Notes under the pieces: model-generated
Database searches by the model: none
The model's input: the letters and a program-made list of their open reading frames with translations, nothing else
What the model was told of the DNA's origin: nothing
Program-made: the position numbers and the translations under genes
In this document: positions 48,625 to 60,617 of the stretch, piece by piece
Position numbering within the stretch: position 1 is the stretch's first letter
Layout of the letters: each line of letters opens with the position of its first letter
Assembly (NCBI GenBank): GCA_963721685.1
Contig: CAVRJJ010000001.1
Location: 4,555 to 68,554, forward strand
Direction: 5' to 3'
Source: an uncultured bacterium
GTDB lineage: Bacteria > Patescibacteriota > Saccharimonadia > UBA4664 > SCTI01
Length of the DNA stretch: 64,000 nt

Positions 48625-49502
48625 AAAGCGTAGCTGAAATAGAATCAATCGCTAACCGTATCCGTCTGGATATTATTGAGATGCTGGTTGAGGCTGGCAG
48701 TGGCCATTCCGGAGGTCCTTTGGGTATGGCAGACGTGTTTGCCACACTGTACTTTAGGGTTCTCAACCATGACCCTAAAAACCCCGATTGGCCGGAGCGG
48801 GACCGAGTGGTGCTTTCAAACGGCCACATTGTGCCCGTACGTTACGCCACAATGGCACGTGCCGGGTACTTCCCGGTAGAAGAGTTGATGACGCTACGTA
48901 AGTTCGGGTCGCGGCTGCAAGGCCATCCGGAGCGGGTGAAACTGCCCGGCCTGGAAACCACCAGCGGGCCGCTCGGTTGCGGCTTAAGCGCGGCGTCCGG
49001 GATGGCATTAGTTTTAAAAATGGAGCAAAAAAAGTCGCAACGGATTTATTGCCTTGTAAGTGATGGTGAGTTTGACGAGGGCAATATTTGGGAAGCGGTC
49101 TTGTTCGCCGGCAATTATCATTTAAACCAGATAACTATGATCATGGACCGCAACAACATCCAGATTGATGGTTCCACCGAGGAGGTTATGCCTCTTGGTG
49201 ACGTCGCGGAAAAGATGCGCACCTTCGGCTGGCATACCATCGATGTTGATGGCCATAATATCCAAAGCCTGATTGATGCGTGCGAAAAGGCTAAGACGGT
49301 TGAGGATAAGCCAACGGCGATTATAGCCCACACGGTCCCCGGGAAAGGCGTTGATTATATGGAGTACGACTATCATTGGCACGGTAACCCGCCGGGAACG
49401 TTGGATGTACCCGGATCGCCGCCTAAAGCCAAGCAAGTTGAGGCTGCACTGGAACAGCTTCGTGCACTTGAGAAGCGGATTAAGGAGAACGAGGATGATT
49501 AA
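48621..49502 (+). CDS. tkt: transketolase, N-terminal subunit
   Basis: SGHSGG, DR.VLSNGH, LQGHP, SDGE.DEG..WEA, GKGV..ME...WH. Confidence 0.92.
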   Translation: MKSVAEIESIANRIRLDIIEMLVEAGSGHSGGPLGMADVFATLYFRVLNHDPKNPDWPERDRVVLSNGHIVPVRYATMARAGYFPVEELMTLRKFGSRLQGHPERVKLPGLETTSGPLGCGLSAASGMALVLKMEQKKSQRIYCLVSDGEFDEGNIWEAVLFAGNYHLNQITMIMDRNNIQIDGSTEEVMPLGDVAEKMRTFGWHTIDVDGHNIQSLIDACEKAKTVEDKPTAIIAHTVPGKGVDYMEYDYHWHGNPPGTLDVPGSPPKAKQVEAALEQLRALEKRIKENEDD

Positions 49503-50475
49503 TCCGGCAATGAAACTGGCCAGCGACGCTCTTGATCCTGAGGTGGCCCAAGAACCAATCCGCAGCGGTTTTGGCCGCGGTCTTTTAGCAGCCGGGGAGC
49601 GCAATCCGGATGTCGTGGCGTTGTGCGCCGACTTAACCGATTCCACTAAGATGACAGCTTTTGCTAAAGCTTTTCCGGAGCGGTTCGTTGAGGTTGGGGT
49701 GGCCGAACAAAACCTAGTGACGGTCGCGTCTGGCATGGCAATGATGGGAAAGATTCCTTTTACCTCAAGTTATGCTGCCTTCTCACCAGGGCGCAACTGG
49801 GAACAAATTAGAACTACCATTTGCCTGAACGAAGCCAATGTTAAAATTGTTGGTTCCCACGCTGGGATTTCGGTGGGTCCTGATGGTGCAACTCATCAAA
49901 TGCTGGAAGACATCGCGTTGATGCGGGTCTTGCCGCATATGGTTGTTGTGGTTCCCTGTGATGCCAAGGAAGCCGAAAAGGCGACCCTGGCAATCGCGGA
50001 TCATCACGGGGGAGCGTATTTACGTTTGGCTCGCGAAAAATCCCCGGTTATTACCACTGATGAGACGCCATTTGAGATGGGGAAAATTCAAGTTTTCCGG
50101 GAAGGCAGCGATGTAACCATAGTGGCATGCGGGATTATGGTCCACGAGGCCCTTCTGGCGGCCGAGGAGCTTGCTAGGCAGGGCATAGAGGCGGAAGTCA
50201 TTAACTGTCCCAGTATCAAGCCTCTTGATAGTGAAGGGCTGCTAACCTCAATCAAAAAAACCGGCAAAGTGGTGACCTGCGAAGAGGGTCAGGTTGCTGG
50301 TGGGCTAGGAGGTGCCGTCGCGGAACTAACGGGCGAGCACCATCCCGTGCCAATGCGTCGGGTCGGAATGCATGACCGCTTTGGCGAGTCCGGCAAACCC
50401 TCTGAGCTATTAGAGCACTTTGGGCTTACTTCCCCCAATATTGTGAAAGCCGTACAGGAGCTGCTTAACAAGTAG
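49495..50475 (+). CDS. tkt: transketolase, C-terminal subunit
   Basis: ADLTDST, GVAEQN, GPDGATHQ, YLRL.R, IKPLD, FGESG; start at ATG 49495. Confidence 0.92.
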   Translation: MINPAMKLASDALDPEVAQEPIRSGFGRGLLAAGERNPDVVALCADLTDSTKMTAFAKAFPERFVEVGVAEQNLVTVASGMAMMGKIPFTSSYAAFSPGRNWEQIRTTICLNEANVKIVGSHAGISVGPDGATHQMLEDIALMRVLPHMVVVVPCDAKEAEKATLAIADHHGGAYLRLAREKSPVITTDETPFEMGKIQVFREGSDVTIVACGIMVHEALLAAEELARQGIEAEVINCPSIKPLDSEGLLTSIKKTGKVVTCEEGQVAGGLGGAVAELTGEHHPVPMRRVGMHDRFGESGKPSELLEHFGLTSPNIVKAVQELLNK

Positions 50476-50486
50476 GAGTTATTAGG

Positions 50487-51110
50487 CTAAGTCTCTAGGT
50501 GGCTAAACATCACTTTTGCTATCTCGTCAACGGTAGTATCGATATCATCATTCACAACTACCAAGTCGGCCAAGGTAGGCCCCACCTCAAGCTCGCGGCG
50601 TGCGGTGACCAGGCGTTCATTGCGGGCGGCCTCAGTATCGGTGCTGCGGCCAGCCAGACGCTGCTCAAGTACTGCTAGCTGCTCTTCAAGCGTGGCACCT
50701 GGGGGGCGCATAAAGACAATTCGGGCGTTGCTAACCTTTAGTTTAATTTGAGCGGCGCCCTGATATTCAATTTCCAGAATCAAGTTTTCGTCCTGATTGT
50801 CAGGTAAAAGCGTACCGTAGTAATGCGAGGCGTACTCTGCCCACTCCAGCAGCTCACCGGCCGCGTCGCGGCGCATGAATTCATCCTTAGTTACATGTAC
50901 ATAGCGGCCGGGCAGGTCGTTCTGGCGAGCTGGACGCGTTGTTAGGGAAGAACCGATATGAAGCTGGGAGTAGCGCTGCATCAGTCCCGCGATAACAGTA
51001 TTTTTCCCGACCCCGGAAGGTCCGACAATGGCGGTTACGCCGGGCTTAAAGATTGGCACGTAGGTATCCCTATAATGAACGTTTAATTTGTCATAGTATG
51101 GCATAGCCAT
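50487..51110 (-). CDS. gmk: guanylate kinase
   Basis: GPSGVGK, TTRP.R, LLEWAEY..HYYGT, EIE.QGA, R.TD. Confidence 0.88.
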   Translation of the reverse strand: MAMPYYDKLNVHYRDTYVPIFKPGVTAIVGPSGVGKNTVIAGLMQRYSQLHIGSSLTTRPARQNDLPGRYVHVTKDEFMRRDAAGELLEWAEYASHYYGTLLPDNQDENLILEIEYQGAAQIKLKVSNARIVFMRPPGATLEEQLAVLEQRLAGRSTDTEAARNERLVTARRELEVGPTLADLVVVNDDIDTTVDEIAKVMFSHLET

Positions 51111-51168
51111 AGCATTTTGTCATCTGGCAGCCTATCCATTTTTAACCATAACCGTTATAATAATGGTT

Positions 51169-52146
51169 ATGGAGCCGCAAGACATCCAAATTATTTCTGT
51201 GGGGGCCGCAACCCAAGATGTACAAGTTATGGGCAAAGCCCTGCACCAGAAACGTGACGTGCGGACCCACACCTATGTTGAGCAGTTTCCCTTAGGAGCA
51301 AAAATTGAGCTTGACGACGTGTTTTTTGACGTCGGCGGCGGCGCCAGTAACGCGTCGGTAACGTTCGCGCGGCAGGGTTTCCATAGCGCGTTCGCGGGAA
51401 AAATCGGCCGGGATTCAGCGGGAGCCGAGGTGTTGCGGGTATTAAAGCGTGAACACGTAGACACTTCGCTGGTCCGGGTTGACGAGCGCCACGGGACGGG
51501 CTATTCCCTGATTTTACTTGCCCCAAACGGCGAACGAACAGTGTTAGTTTATCGTGGCGCTTCCCATAACCTAAAAAGTGATGATTTCCACGGCGGCAAA
51601 GACTTCAGCGCGCATTGGCTTTATATTTCGTCCTTAGCCGGCAATATGGATTTATTGCATAAATTATTGAAGCAAGCCCATCGTCAGGCAATTCGGGTGG
51701 CGCTTAACCCAGGCAGTGGTGAGCTGGCTCAGCCGAGAAAGCTGCGCAAATATCTGGGAGCGGTTGATATACTAATTGCCAACCGGGATGAAATGGAGCT
51801 GCTATTTGGCGGTGAAACACCGGTCCAGACAATGTTGAACGCTATGCCGTACTGTCCTTATGTGGTTTTAACCGATGGGCCCAACGGCAGTTACGCGTCT
51901 GACGGCAGCTCGATTTACTACGCCGGGCAATACCAGAAGGTAAAAGTTGTTGACCGGTTAGGGGCAGGCGACGCGTTTTGTTCCGGCTTCACCGCCGGCA
52001 TAGCGCGAGGGTGGCCAATCGAGCAGGCTCTGACATTCGCTAGCGCCAATTCCACTTCGGTCGTTTCAAGTATCGGAGCCAAGAGCGGCATTATGCATGG
52101 CACGCGGGGCTTAAAGCGTATGAAGATTAAGCGATTAAGCATATGA
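51169..52146 (+). CDS. PfkB family carbohydrate kinase
   Basis: GGGASNA, GERT and DRLGAGDAF; ATG 51169 lies 7 nt after TATAAT. Confidence 0.88.
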   Translation: MEPQDIQIISVGAATQDVQVMGKALHQKRDVRTHTYVEQFPLGAKIELDDVFFDVGGGASNASVTFARQGFHSAFAGKIGRDSAGAEVLRVLKREHVDTSLVRVDERHGTGYSLILLAPNGERTVLVYRGASHNLKSDDFHGGKDFSAHWLYISSLAGNMDLLHKLLKQAHRQAIRVALNPGSGELAQPRKLRKYLGAVDILIANRDEMELLFGGETPVQTMLNAMPYCPYVVLTDGPNGSYASDGSSIYYAGQYQKVKVVDRLGAGDAFCSGFTAGIARGWPIEQALTFASANSTSVVSSIGAKSGIMHGTRGLKRMKIKRLSI

Positions 52147-53384
52147 GCCGGCTCGCCGCGTTTTTACAGGCTAAAGAACCTCTTCTGGATACCGCGCTGC
52201 ATCAACTGGAAACGCAGACGGGGCGCAAAGGAGTTGACGTGGCACTAACGGCGGAAATTGCCACCAAGGCCGCCGCTTTTACCCAAAAACTAGGCTTGCC
52301 TTCAAACTGTAGCGGCCCGGACCTCTACGCCGGTTTAATTGGTCTTGCAAAGCAGCATGATGCCCATTTGGCACGAAGCCTAGGCAGCTCCGACCCTACC
52401 AATGTAGGGAAAATTATTCCATTGGTGCTGCGGCGGCTCGAACAAATCCATATGCCGCGCCAATGCTTCGCCCTTAAGCATACGCGCGCCGCGGAAATGC
52501 TGCAAAAGCACCCGCCGCGGGCTTTAATGCAGCATCTTGGTTACAAAGACTGCGCGGCAATGGTACAAAATGAAGATTTAGCGGAACTGTTTATTGCCAT
52601 CCGCTTCACCGAGGGCGATGACTGGCTTAATGAGTTTAATGGGCAATATAAGGAGTTGGTAGCCGCGGATTTTGAAGAACGTCCCATCCGCTTAGTGCGT
52701 TTTGACCGGCATAAATGGGGAGACGTTGCGGCCCACTTCATTACCAAGAAGAAGCATCTTAGCACCCACTCAAAGGAGATGGGCGTGATAGCGATTTTAC
52801 CGCCCATTGACACGCACATGGAGGCAATTTCCCTAAAGGTCTTAACGGTGACCCTTCATTACTACAACGAGGTCCGGTTGTATAGCGCTTACTTTAAATT
52901 GCTTAAAACGAAAACCAACTTCGGTGAAATCTTGAGTGAAACCTTAATTGCCGATACCCCCCAGATTCCCACCACCGTTAACCACCATATCCATTGGCGG
53001 GTGATCCAGCGCTATTATGGAAAAATTGGCGAAAGTAGTAAGCATCCGGAAGTGTTTCAACCGCATCTTCAGCCCGAGGACTTACATTGGCGGGCCGCGG
53101 AAAAGATGTTGTACCAAATTGACCCGGAAATGGCAGTCTGGCGGGAGATGGATTATGTAGCGGTCTTGAAGGGTGATAACGCGGTTACCTTCAACTTAAT
53201 GGATGTTGTGTTGAGTTACGCCAATCAAGTTCCTTATGAAGAACGTTACTTATATCATTTTAGAGAAGCGCTGTGGAACGAGGTGTTTGCTCGCTATATG
53301 GGGCAAAAAGTTCTTGAGAAAGAGTTGTTAATAAAGCTTGACAACGCAATGGTAGCCCCAGAGGAGCTTAAGCTGCGACAATGA
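52143..53384 (+). CDS. hypothetical protein
   Basis: 413-aa ORF overlapping both neighbours by ATGA. Confidence 0.7.
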   Translation: MSRLAAFLQAKEPLLDTALHQLETQTGRKGVDVALTAEIATKAAAFTQKLGLPSNCSGPDLYAGLIGLAKQHDAHLARSLGSSDPTNVGKIIPLVLRRLEQIHMPRQCFALKHTRAAEMLQKHPPRALMQHLGYKDCAAMVQNEDLAELFIAIRFTEGDDWLNEFNGQYKELVAADFEERPIRLVRFDRHKWGDVAAHFITKKKHLSTHSKEMGVIAILPPIDTHMEAISLKVLTVTLHYYNEVRLYSAYFKLLKTKTNFGEILSETLIADTPQIPTTVNHHIHWRVIQRYYGKIGESSKHPEVFQPHLQPEDLHWRAAEKMLYQIDPEMAVWREMDYVAVLKGDNAVTFNLMDVVLSYANQVPYEERYLYHFREALWNEVFARYMGQKVLEKELLIKLDNAMVAPEELKLRQ

Positions 53385-53947
53385 AAAAGGTATACGGCAG
53401 CCATCCTTATCAAATCTGCGTATCGGGGGCTGCCAAGGGCACTACTGTCGCGGTTGCGGACGTTCTTGCCGAAAGGGCCGGAAGACGTATTGCAGAAACC
53501 GGCAATACTCTGCTAACCGGCGCGACGCATGGGCTCCCCGACTGCGCGGCCAAAGGCGCAAAGTCAGCCGGGGGAGTATCGATTGGCTTTTCACCGGCTT
53601 CCAACCGCCGGCAGCACGTAAAAACCTACCAAGCCCCTACAAAATATTATGACTGTATCCTCTATACCGGATTTGATTACACTGGACGCGACCTATTGCT
53701 GGCACGGTCGGCAGACGCGCTGGTGATAGTGGGCGGGCGTATTGGGACGCTTCACGAGTTTACCGTGGCTTTTGAGGAAAAGACCCCTATTGGTGTGATT
53801 ACCGGTTCAGGCGGCGTGAGCGATGCCATCAAAGACGTGTTACAGGCAGCCAAGCGAGTGCGCCACACGGTGCTGTACGACGACGACCCCGCCCGCTTAG
53901 TAGACCGGTTGCTTGCCATCTTGAATGAAAAATACCGCGCCAGCTAA
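53381..53947 (+). CDS. LOG/TIGR00725-like protein
   Basis: [26 protein letters not shown]. Confidence 0.8.
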   Translation: MKKVYGSHPYQICVSGAAKGTTVAVADVLAERAGRRIAETGNTLLTGATHGLPDCAAKGAKSAGGVSIGFSPASNRRQHVKTYQAPTKYYDCILYTGFDYTGRDLLLARSADALVIVGGRIGTLHEFTVAFEEKTPIGVITGSGGVSDAIKDVLQAAKRVRHTVLYDDDPARLVDRLLAILNEKYRAS

Positions 53948-53976
53948 GTCCGACCTTATCCTGCTACAATATTAGG

Positions 53977-55965
53977 ATGAGTTTATTTAAGCTAGCAACC
54001 ATGTACCAACCGGCTGGTGACCAACCCCAGGCCATTGCCAAGCTCACCGAAGGGCTTCAGCGCGGTGACAAAGAGCAGACCTTGCTGGGGGTCACCGGCT
54101 CCGGCAAAACCTACACAATGGCTAATATTATCCAGAACATGCAGCGCCCAACCTTAATATTAAGCCATAACAAAACATTGGCCGCCCAGCTGTACAGCGA
54201 GTTTCGGCAGTTTTTTCCCGACAATGCCGTTCAGTATTTCGTTAGCTACTACGATTACTACCAGCCGGAAGCCTATGTGGCCCGCAGCGATACCTACATC
54301 GAGAAAGACAGTTCCATCAATGAGGAAATTGACCGGCTGCGCCACGCCGCTACTTCAAGCCTACTAACCCGTAAGGACGTTTTAATTGTAGCCTCGGTGA
54401 GCTGCATTTATGGGTTGGGGAGTCCCGCCGATTACATTGAAATGACGGTCGATATCTCTCAGGGTGAAACCCGTAAGCGAGATAAGCTATTACGCTTGAT
54501 GACCGATATTCAGTACACTCGCAACGATATGAGTTTCGCCCGCGGTACCTTCCGGGTGCGCGGCGATACCGTCGAGGTGTTTCCGGTGGGGGAGGAGGTG
54601 GCCTACCGCATTGAGTTTTTTGGGGATGATGTTGAACGCATTCGCCAGGTTGATCCGTTAACCGGCGAAGTCTTAGGTGAGCGCGATAAGCTGCGGATTT
54701 TTCCGGCCAAGCACTTCGTAACGCCCCATGAAAAGCTGATGCACGCCGTTTCCCAAATTAACCAGGACCTGGCAATTCGGGTTGACGAGCTAAAAAAAGA
54801 CAATAAGCTTTTGGAGGCTCAGCGCCTAGAACAGCGTACCCGCTTTGATATTGAAATGCTGGAGCAAACCGGCTTCGTGGCGGGGATTGAAAATTATTCA
54901 CGCTATTTAACGAACCGCGAACCGGGTGAGCAACCGGCAACTTTGCTTGACTACTTCGCCGATGATTTCTTGTTGTTCGTCGATGAAAGCCACATTACTA
55001 TTCCCCAGGTCCGAGGCATGTTCAACGGGGACCGCGCGCGCAAGCAAAACCTGGTTGACTATGGGTTCCGATTGCCCAGCGCGCTTGATAACCGCCCGTT
55101 GCGCTTTGACGAGTTTGAGCGGCACATAAACCAAGCAATTTATGTTTCGGCTACCCCAACCGAATGGGAGGTTGGCCGTTCCAGCCAAGTAGCCGAACAA
55201 GTAATCCGTCCTACCGGATTAATTGATCCGGAGATTGAGGTGCGCCCAATTGAGCACCAGATTGACAACTTGCTAGAAGAAATCCGCCAAACGGTGGCCA
55301 AGGGCCAACGTGCACTGATAACGACCTTAACCAAACGTATGGCTGAAGATTTAACCGAGTACTTGCAGGACGCCGGCATCAAAGTCCAATACCTGCATTC
55401 CGAAGTAAATACCCTTGATCGAGTTGATATCCTGCATGATCTCCGTAGCGGCGTATTTGACGTGGTGGTGGGAATTAACCTGTTGCGTGAAGGCTTGGAC
55501 TTGCCGGAGGTATCATTGGTGGCAATTTTGGATGCCGATAAAGAAGGATTTTTACGATCGGAAACGTCATTAATCCAAACGATTGGACGGGCGGCCCGGC
55601 ATGTTGAAGGCCGCGTGATCATGTACGCCGATAAAATTACGCGCTCCATGAAGGTGGCGATTGATACCACCAATAAACGCCGTGAGGTCCAAGTCGCTTA
55701 CAATAAAGACCACGGCATCACGCCCGAAGGCATACAGAAAGCTTTGGCCGAACGCATGCAAGCGGAAGAGCAGGCGGAAACGGGTGACATTAAGCCGCTC
55801 AATATCCGGGAAATTCCTAAAGGTGAGCGTCAGCACCTCATAAAAGAGCTGACCAACCAAATGACCTTAGCCTCGGAAAACCTGCAGTTTGAAAAGGCCG
55901 CCTTATTACGGGATCAAATTGCTGAGTTAAAAGGAGCGACGAAGGCTAAGAAGGTAAAACGGTAG
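53977..55965 (+). CDS. uvrB: excinuclease ABC subunit B
   Basis: [31 protein letters not shown] and QTIGRAAR. Confidence 0.97.
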   Translation: MSLFKLATMYQPAGDQPQAIAKLTEGLQRGDKEQTLLGVTGSGKTYTMANIIQNMQRPTLILSHNKTLAAQLYSEFRQFFPDNAVQYFVSYYDYYQPEAYVARSDTYIEKDSSINEEIDRLRHAATSSLLTRKDVLIVASVSCIYGLGSPADYIEMTVDISQGETRKRDKLLRLMTDIQYTRNDMSFARGTFRVRGDTVEVFPVGEEVAYRIEFFGDDVERIRQVDPLTGEVLGERDKLRIFPAKHFVTPHEKLMHAVSQINQDLAIRVDELKKDNKLLEAQRLEQRTRFDIEMLEQTGFVAGIENYSRYLTNREPGEQPATLLDYFADDFLLFVDESHITIPQVRGMFNGDRARKQNLVDYGFRLPSALDNRPLRFDEFERHINQAIYVSATPTEWEVGRSSQVAEQVIRPTGLIDPEIEVRPIEHQIDNLLEEIRQTVAKGQRALITTLTKRMAEDLTEYLQDAGIKVQYLHSEVNTLDRVDILHDLRSGVFDVVVGINLLREGLDLPEVSLVAILDADKEGFLRSETSLIQTIGRAARHVEGRVIMYADKITRSMKVAIDTTNKRREVQVAYNKDHGITPEGIQKALAERMQAEEQAETGDIKPLNIREIPKGERQHLIKELTNQMTLASENLQFEKAALLRDQIAELKGATKAKKVKR

Positions 55966-56046
55966 GTCTTTCTGCAAAGGCATAAATATTTTGACAAGCA
56001 TAAGCATTTTAAGTTATTCTTGGCTTAATTAAGAGAAAATTTAATT

Positions 56047-56778
56047 ATGAGCCCAGATTCAAACTCGGACAACCAACCCGGTAAAATATATCAACCATCC
56101 GGAGGTCATGATTTGCCACCAGCTGACGAGCCGAAATCTGACGCGCACGTTTTTTCTCCCCCGCCTGTTGTGCCACCATCACCGGTTGCTGTGCAGCCGG
56201 AAACTTCGAGCATGCCTCAGTCCAGTCAACCCATCGCGGTTGTTAATACCTACACGCCACGCGGGGTAGAGTACATGATAATGTTTTTCTCCCTATGGAT
56301 AGCCGCTAGTTCGCTAGGAACCTTGCTTCATTCCATCGTTGATAACGCGGCTCCCAGAGCGGAAGACAGCTATTTTAGTGCCGCTACCAGTGTGTTGCCG
56401 TTATCATCGATTGCGCTGGGAGTGGGGGTGATTGTCTTTGCGTTAATGTTTTTGCGCCTAAAGAAAGCCGAGCTCAACGAACCGTCTATCCGCCTTGATT
56501 CTTCGCGCCGCCGGGCTGTGTATTTAACCGTTTTGGTCACCTTTTTAATTGGTATGCAAAAAATTGTGACCTACATTTATGGGTTGTTTAATGGCGGCGG
56601 CTCAAGCGGGGGCATCGGAGACATTATTTTTGGCGGCTTCTTTGGCGGCGGCCAAGCAACCGAACCGGGGACCCCTCTGTATCTTTGGGATCTGGCGCAT
56701 CTTGCTATCACCCTGGGAATCGCCGGGCTTATCTTCTTTTACTACTGGCGCGATATGCACAAAGATGACAACCGGTAG
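56047..56778 (+). CDS. DUF5671-like membrane protein
   Basis: Pro-rich N-terminus, four TMs, RRRAVYLT, IFFYYW.D. Confidence 0.6.
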   Translation: MSPDSNSDNQPGKIYQPSGGHDLPPADEPKSDAHVFSPPPVVPPSPVAVQPETSSMPQSSQPIAVVNTYTPRGVEYMIMFFSLWIAASSLGTLLHSIVDNAAPRAEDSYFSAATSVLPLSSIALGVGVIVFALMFLRLKKAELNEPSIRLDSSRRRAVYLTVLVTFLIGMQKIVTYIYGLFNGGGSSGGIGDIIFGGFFGGGQATEPGTPLYLWDLAHLAITLGIAGLIFFYYWRDMHKDDNR

Positions 56779-56787
56779 GATAATTTT

Positions 56788-57579
56788 ATGAAGAAATATT
56801 ATATAGCTATTGTCATTTTAGTAGCGGTTTCAGTTGCAACAATAGCTACTTACTACCTGACGTTTGCAAACAATGTCCGCGATGTCGTGAAAGAGCAGGA
56901 CATTAGCGCCCTTAGCCAAGCGGTTGATAATTACGTTGGAACCAATAAGCAGCTGCCGGATTCACTTAAGCAGATTAAGGTGGACAACGGTGTTAAGCAG
57001 CGGCTTGACCGCTACAGCTATAAAAAGGTAGGCGAGTTTACTTATAAGGGAGAATTTCAGTTGCGGTATGAATTGTGTACCACCTTTAAGAGCGAAACTA
57101 AGCAGACTGCCACACGGTATGAATCCGGATTAGAGTATGAAACATATCCAAACACCTATAACCATAAGGCCGGGCCTGTCTGTTATAAACTTTTCAGCTA
57201 CTTACCTCTTACGGGCGGCTTATTTGAGCCAACCACAAAGGCCATCGAGCCGTCCAAATCCACTGGTACAGTGGCGGGTCGCGATAGCCAGCGCATGAGT
57301 GATTTGCGCAGTCTGAAAACAGCCTCAGAACTCTATTTTAATGATAATGGCTTTTATCCCGCGGCTGCCACCTGGAAAAATGACCTTATCGGGGGTGACC
57401 TTCCTTACATAAAGAGTATACCGCTGGACCCAGCAACTGGTGCAACTTACAGTTATGTACCGTCGCCCGAGGGATGTAAAGGTAATTGCACAAGCTATGC
57501 TTTAACTGCTCAGCTGGAGAATAAAAAAGACTCACAAGCTGATAGCTCCGGACGCTATATCGTAAATAGCGCGAATTAG
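56788..57579 (+). CDS. TM-anchored protein with two pilin-like (GspG-like) domains
   Basis: RD..K.QDI..L..AVDNY.....LPDSL...YELC..F and [19 protein letters not shown]...P.DP...Y.L.A.LE. Confidence 0.65.
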   Translation: MKKYYIAIVILVAVSVATIATYYLTFANNVRDVVKEQDISALSQAVDNYVGTNKQLPDSLKQIKVDNGVKQRLDRYSYKKVGEFTYKGEFQLRYELCTTFKSETKQTATRYESGLEYETYPNTYNHKAGPVCYKLFSYLPLTGGLFEPTTKAIEPSKSTGTVAGRDSQRMSDLRSLKTASELYFNDNGFYPAAATWKNDLIGGDLPYIKSIPLDPATGATYSYVPSPEGCKGNCTSYALTAQLENKKDSQADSSGRYIVNSAN

Positions 57580-57662
57580 CCAGTTCTGCCCAGTGAGGAT
57601 TGCCAATTAACCCAAGAATCGGTATAATCTGAACCTGTATTTGCGGGGAAAAACGTTTGGGC

Positions 57663-60524
57663 ATGCAAGATAAGATTGTGGTTCGGGGTGCGCGGGAACA
57701 CAACTTAAAAAATATTGATGTAGAGATACCGCGCGACAAGCTGGTGGTAATTACCGGATTGAGTGGATCGGGAAAATCTTCGCTAGCCTTTGACACGATC
57801 TACGCCGAGGGCCAACGCCGGTATGTTGAGTCATTAAGTGCCTATGCCCGCCAGTTTCTTGGGCTTATGGAAAAACCTGATGTCGATCAGATTGACGGAC
57901 TAAGTCCCGCGATATCCATTGACCAGAAATCCAGTTCCCGCAACCCACGCTCCACCGTAGGGACAGTGACAGAAATTTATGATTATATGCGGCTCTTGTG
58001 GGCGAGGATTGGTGTACCGCATTGTCCAGTTTGCGGCCGAGAGGTATTGCGGCAGACTTCTGGCCAGATTGTTGACCAGATTTTAAAGCTGCCAGCCGAT
58101 ACCCGCGTAATGGTACTAGCGCCGGTGATTGATGATAAGAAAGGCGAGCACCGGGGGGTGGCGGTTGAGTTAAAAAAGGCCGGTTTTTCGCGTGTAAGGG
58201 TGGACGGCACTATTTATGATGTAGGGGAGTTTCCCGAGCTTGACAAGCAGCGCAAGCATACCGTGCAGGCAGTAGTTGACCGTCTGGTGGTAGAGGAGGA
58301 ATCACGGGGGCGGATCATTGATTCAGTAGAACAAGCCCTCAAGCTGGGCGAGGGGGTTGTCCAAATATTGGAGGCTGATTCCGACAGTACCCTCACCTTT
58401 AGCGAACATTATGCCTGTCCGGTTCACCTTGAAGTGAGTTTGCCGGAAGTAGCGCCGCGCAATTTTTCCTTTAACTCCCCCCATGGAGCCTGTCCGCGTT
58501 GTACCGGCTTGGGCACCCGGCTGGAGGTAGATCCGGAGCTGGTAATTCCCAACCGGCGCCTCTCCATTGCCGAAGGGGCAATCCGGCCGTGGTCGCGTAC
58601 TACCGCGCGGGTGACGTGGTATACCCGCATGCTTGAGGCAGTAGCCAAACAGTATGGCTTTGATATTAATGTCCCGGTTAGCCAAATGAAGCCCGACGAC
58701 TTACGAATTGTTTTGTATGGCGATGGGGGCCAAGGCCTGAGCATGCGCGGTCCTGGCGGCCGCACCTACCACACAACTTATGAAGGGGTGGTTCCTAATA
58801 TGGAACGGCGCTATCACGAAACGGACTCGGATTTTGTGCGCCGCGAGATTAGCAAGTACATGGCGGAGCACCAGTGTCCGGTTTGCGAGGGCAAGCGGCT
58901 TAAACCGGAAATTCTAGCGGTCACGATTGCAGGGAAATCAATTGTTGATATCACCATGGGGTCAATTGAAAATGTGGGTATATTTTTTGATTCATTAAAA
59001 CTTAATGAGCGCGATAGCCAGATCGCCTACCAAATTCTTAAGGAAATTCGGGCACGCTTATCATTCCTGCGAGACGTTGGCCTTAATTACCTCACATTGG
59101 ATCGCAGCGCCAACACCTTAGCCGGGGGTGAGGCTCAGCGTATCCGCCTAGCAACCCAGATTGGTTCAAGCTTAATGGGTGTACTTTATATCCTCGATGA
59201 GCCGTCCATCGGCTTGCACCAGCGGGATAATGACCGGCTGATTTTAACGTTGGAGCGGTTACGCAATCTGGGAAATACGGTAATCGTGGTTGAGCATGAC
59301 GAGGAAACCATGCGCGCGGCCGACTGGCTGATTGATATCGGCCCTCGTGCCGGCGAGCATGGCGGTGAAGTTATCGCGGCTGGCACCGCGGTAGAAGTGG
59401 CGGCCAACGCCGACAGCCTTACCGGCCAATATCTTGCCGGCACAAAGGAGCTGGCCATCCCGGCTAAACGACGCAAGGGAAATGGCAAGATTATCACTAT
59501 TAAAAACGCGCGGGAGCATAACTTAAAGGGAGTAGACGTGGATATTCCTTTAGGGCGGCTAGTCACCGTTACCGGCGTTTCAGGTTCCGGCAAATCCAGC
59601 TTAATAAATGATATTTTGGCTAAGAAGCTGGCACAAGTTTTTCATCGGGCGAGCGACGTGCCAGGCAAACATGATGATATTACCGGTTTGAATAATTTGG
59701 ATAAAGTTATTTCCGTTGACCAGTCGCCGATTGGCCGCACGCCACGCTCAAATCCCGCCACCTATACCGGCGTTTTTGGTGACATCCGGGAGCTGTTCGC
59801 GGCTACTCCCGAAGCAAAAATCCGCGGCTATAAAGCCGGTCGTTTTAGCTTTAATGTGAAAGGCGGGCGCTGTGAGGTGTGCAAAGGAGACGGGATTATT
59901 AAAATTGAAATGCACTTTTTGCCGGATGTATATGTGACTTGCGAGGAGTGTAAGGGCAAACGGTACAATCGTGAAGCCTTAGAGATTCACTACAAGGGTA
60001 AGACCATCTCGGACGTGCTGGGGATGACGGTTGAGGCCGCATCGGAATTTTTTGAAAACATTCCAAAAATTCGCCGGCGGATTGAAACACTTAATAGTGT
60101 CGGCTTGGGTTACATTCGCTTAGGTCAGCCGGCGACCACCTTAAGTGGGGGAGAGGCTCAACGTATTAAACTGGCAACCGAGCTAGCCCGTCGCAGCACA
60201 GGCCGGACACTGTATATTCTGGATGAGCCAACCACCGGACTACATTTTGAAGATGTCAAGCGCTTGCTCGAGGTCTTGAATGCATTGGTAGATGGCGGCA
60301 ATACGGTCTTAGTAATTGAGCACAACCTTGATGTCATTAAGAGCGCCGACTGGATTATTGACATGGGCCCTGAAGGCGGCGGCGGCGGCGGGCAAATGAT
60401 TGCTGAAGGCACGCCGGAGCAAATAGCTGTAGTGAAAGATTCCTACACCGGCCACTATGTTAAAAAGATATTAAACGTTAAACGGTCGCCAAGCCTATCC
60501 TCCAAAAAGAAAGTCCCGGCCTAG
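57663..60524 (+). CDS. uvrA: excinuclease ABC subunit A
   Basis: [17 protein letters not shown], zinc fingers, GVSGSGKSS and LSGGEAQR. Confidence 0.97.
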   Translation: MQDKIVVRGAREHNLKNIDVEIPRDKLVVITGLSGSGKSSLAFDTIYAEGQRRYVESLSAYARQFLGLMEKPDVDQIDGLSPAISIDQKSSSRNPRSTVGTVTEIYDYMRLLWARIGVPHCPVCGREVLRQTSGQIVDQILKLPADTRVMVLAPVIDDKKGEHRGVAVELKKAGFSRVRVDGTIYDVGEFPELDKQRKHTVQAVVDRLVVEEESRGRIIDSVEQALKLGEGVVQILEADSDSTLTFSEHYACPVHLEVSLPEVAPRNFSFNSPHGACPRCTGLGTRLEVDPELVIPNRRLSIAEGAIRPWSRTTARVTWYTRMLEAVAKQYGFDINVPVSQMKPDDLRIVLYGDGGQGLSMRGPGGRTYHTTYEGVVPNMERRYHETDSDFVRREISKYMAEHQCPVCEGKRLKPEILAVTIAGKSIVDITMGSIENVGIFFDSLKLNERDSQIAYQILKEIRARLSFLRDVGLNYLTLDRSANTLAGGEAQRIRLATQIGSSLMGVLYILDEPSIGLHQRDNDRLILTLERLRNLGNTVIVVEHDEETMRAADWLIDIGPRAGEHGGEVIAAGTAVEVAANADSLTGQYLAGTKELAIPAKRRKGNGKIITIKNAREHNLKGVDVDIPLGRLVTVTGVSGSGKSSLINDILAKKLAQVFHRASDVPGKHDDITGLNNLDKVISVDQSPIGRTPRSNPATYTGVFGDIRELFAATPEAKIRGYKAGRFSFNVKGGRCEVCKGDGIIKIEMHFLPDVYVTCEECKGKRYNREALEIHYKGKTISDVLGMTVEAASEFFENIPKIRRRIETLNSVGLGYIRLGQPATTLSGGEAQRIKLATELARRSTGRTLYILDEPTTGLHFEDVKRLLEVLNALVDGGNTVLVIEHNLDVIKSADWIIDMGPEGGGGGGQMIAEGTPEQIAVVKDSYTGHYVKKILNVKRSPSLSSKKKVPA

Positions 60525-60617
60525 CGGGGTGCCAGGATATTCTAAGCAACAGTCAGCACGAGCTAATCATCTACCCATTACTCTCTCGTGACTTGGCAAA
60601 ATGCTAAAATATAGCTT

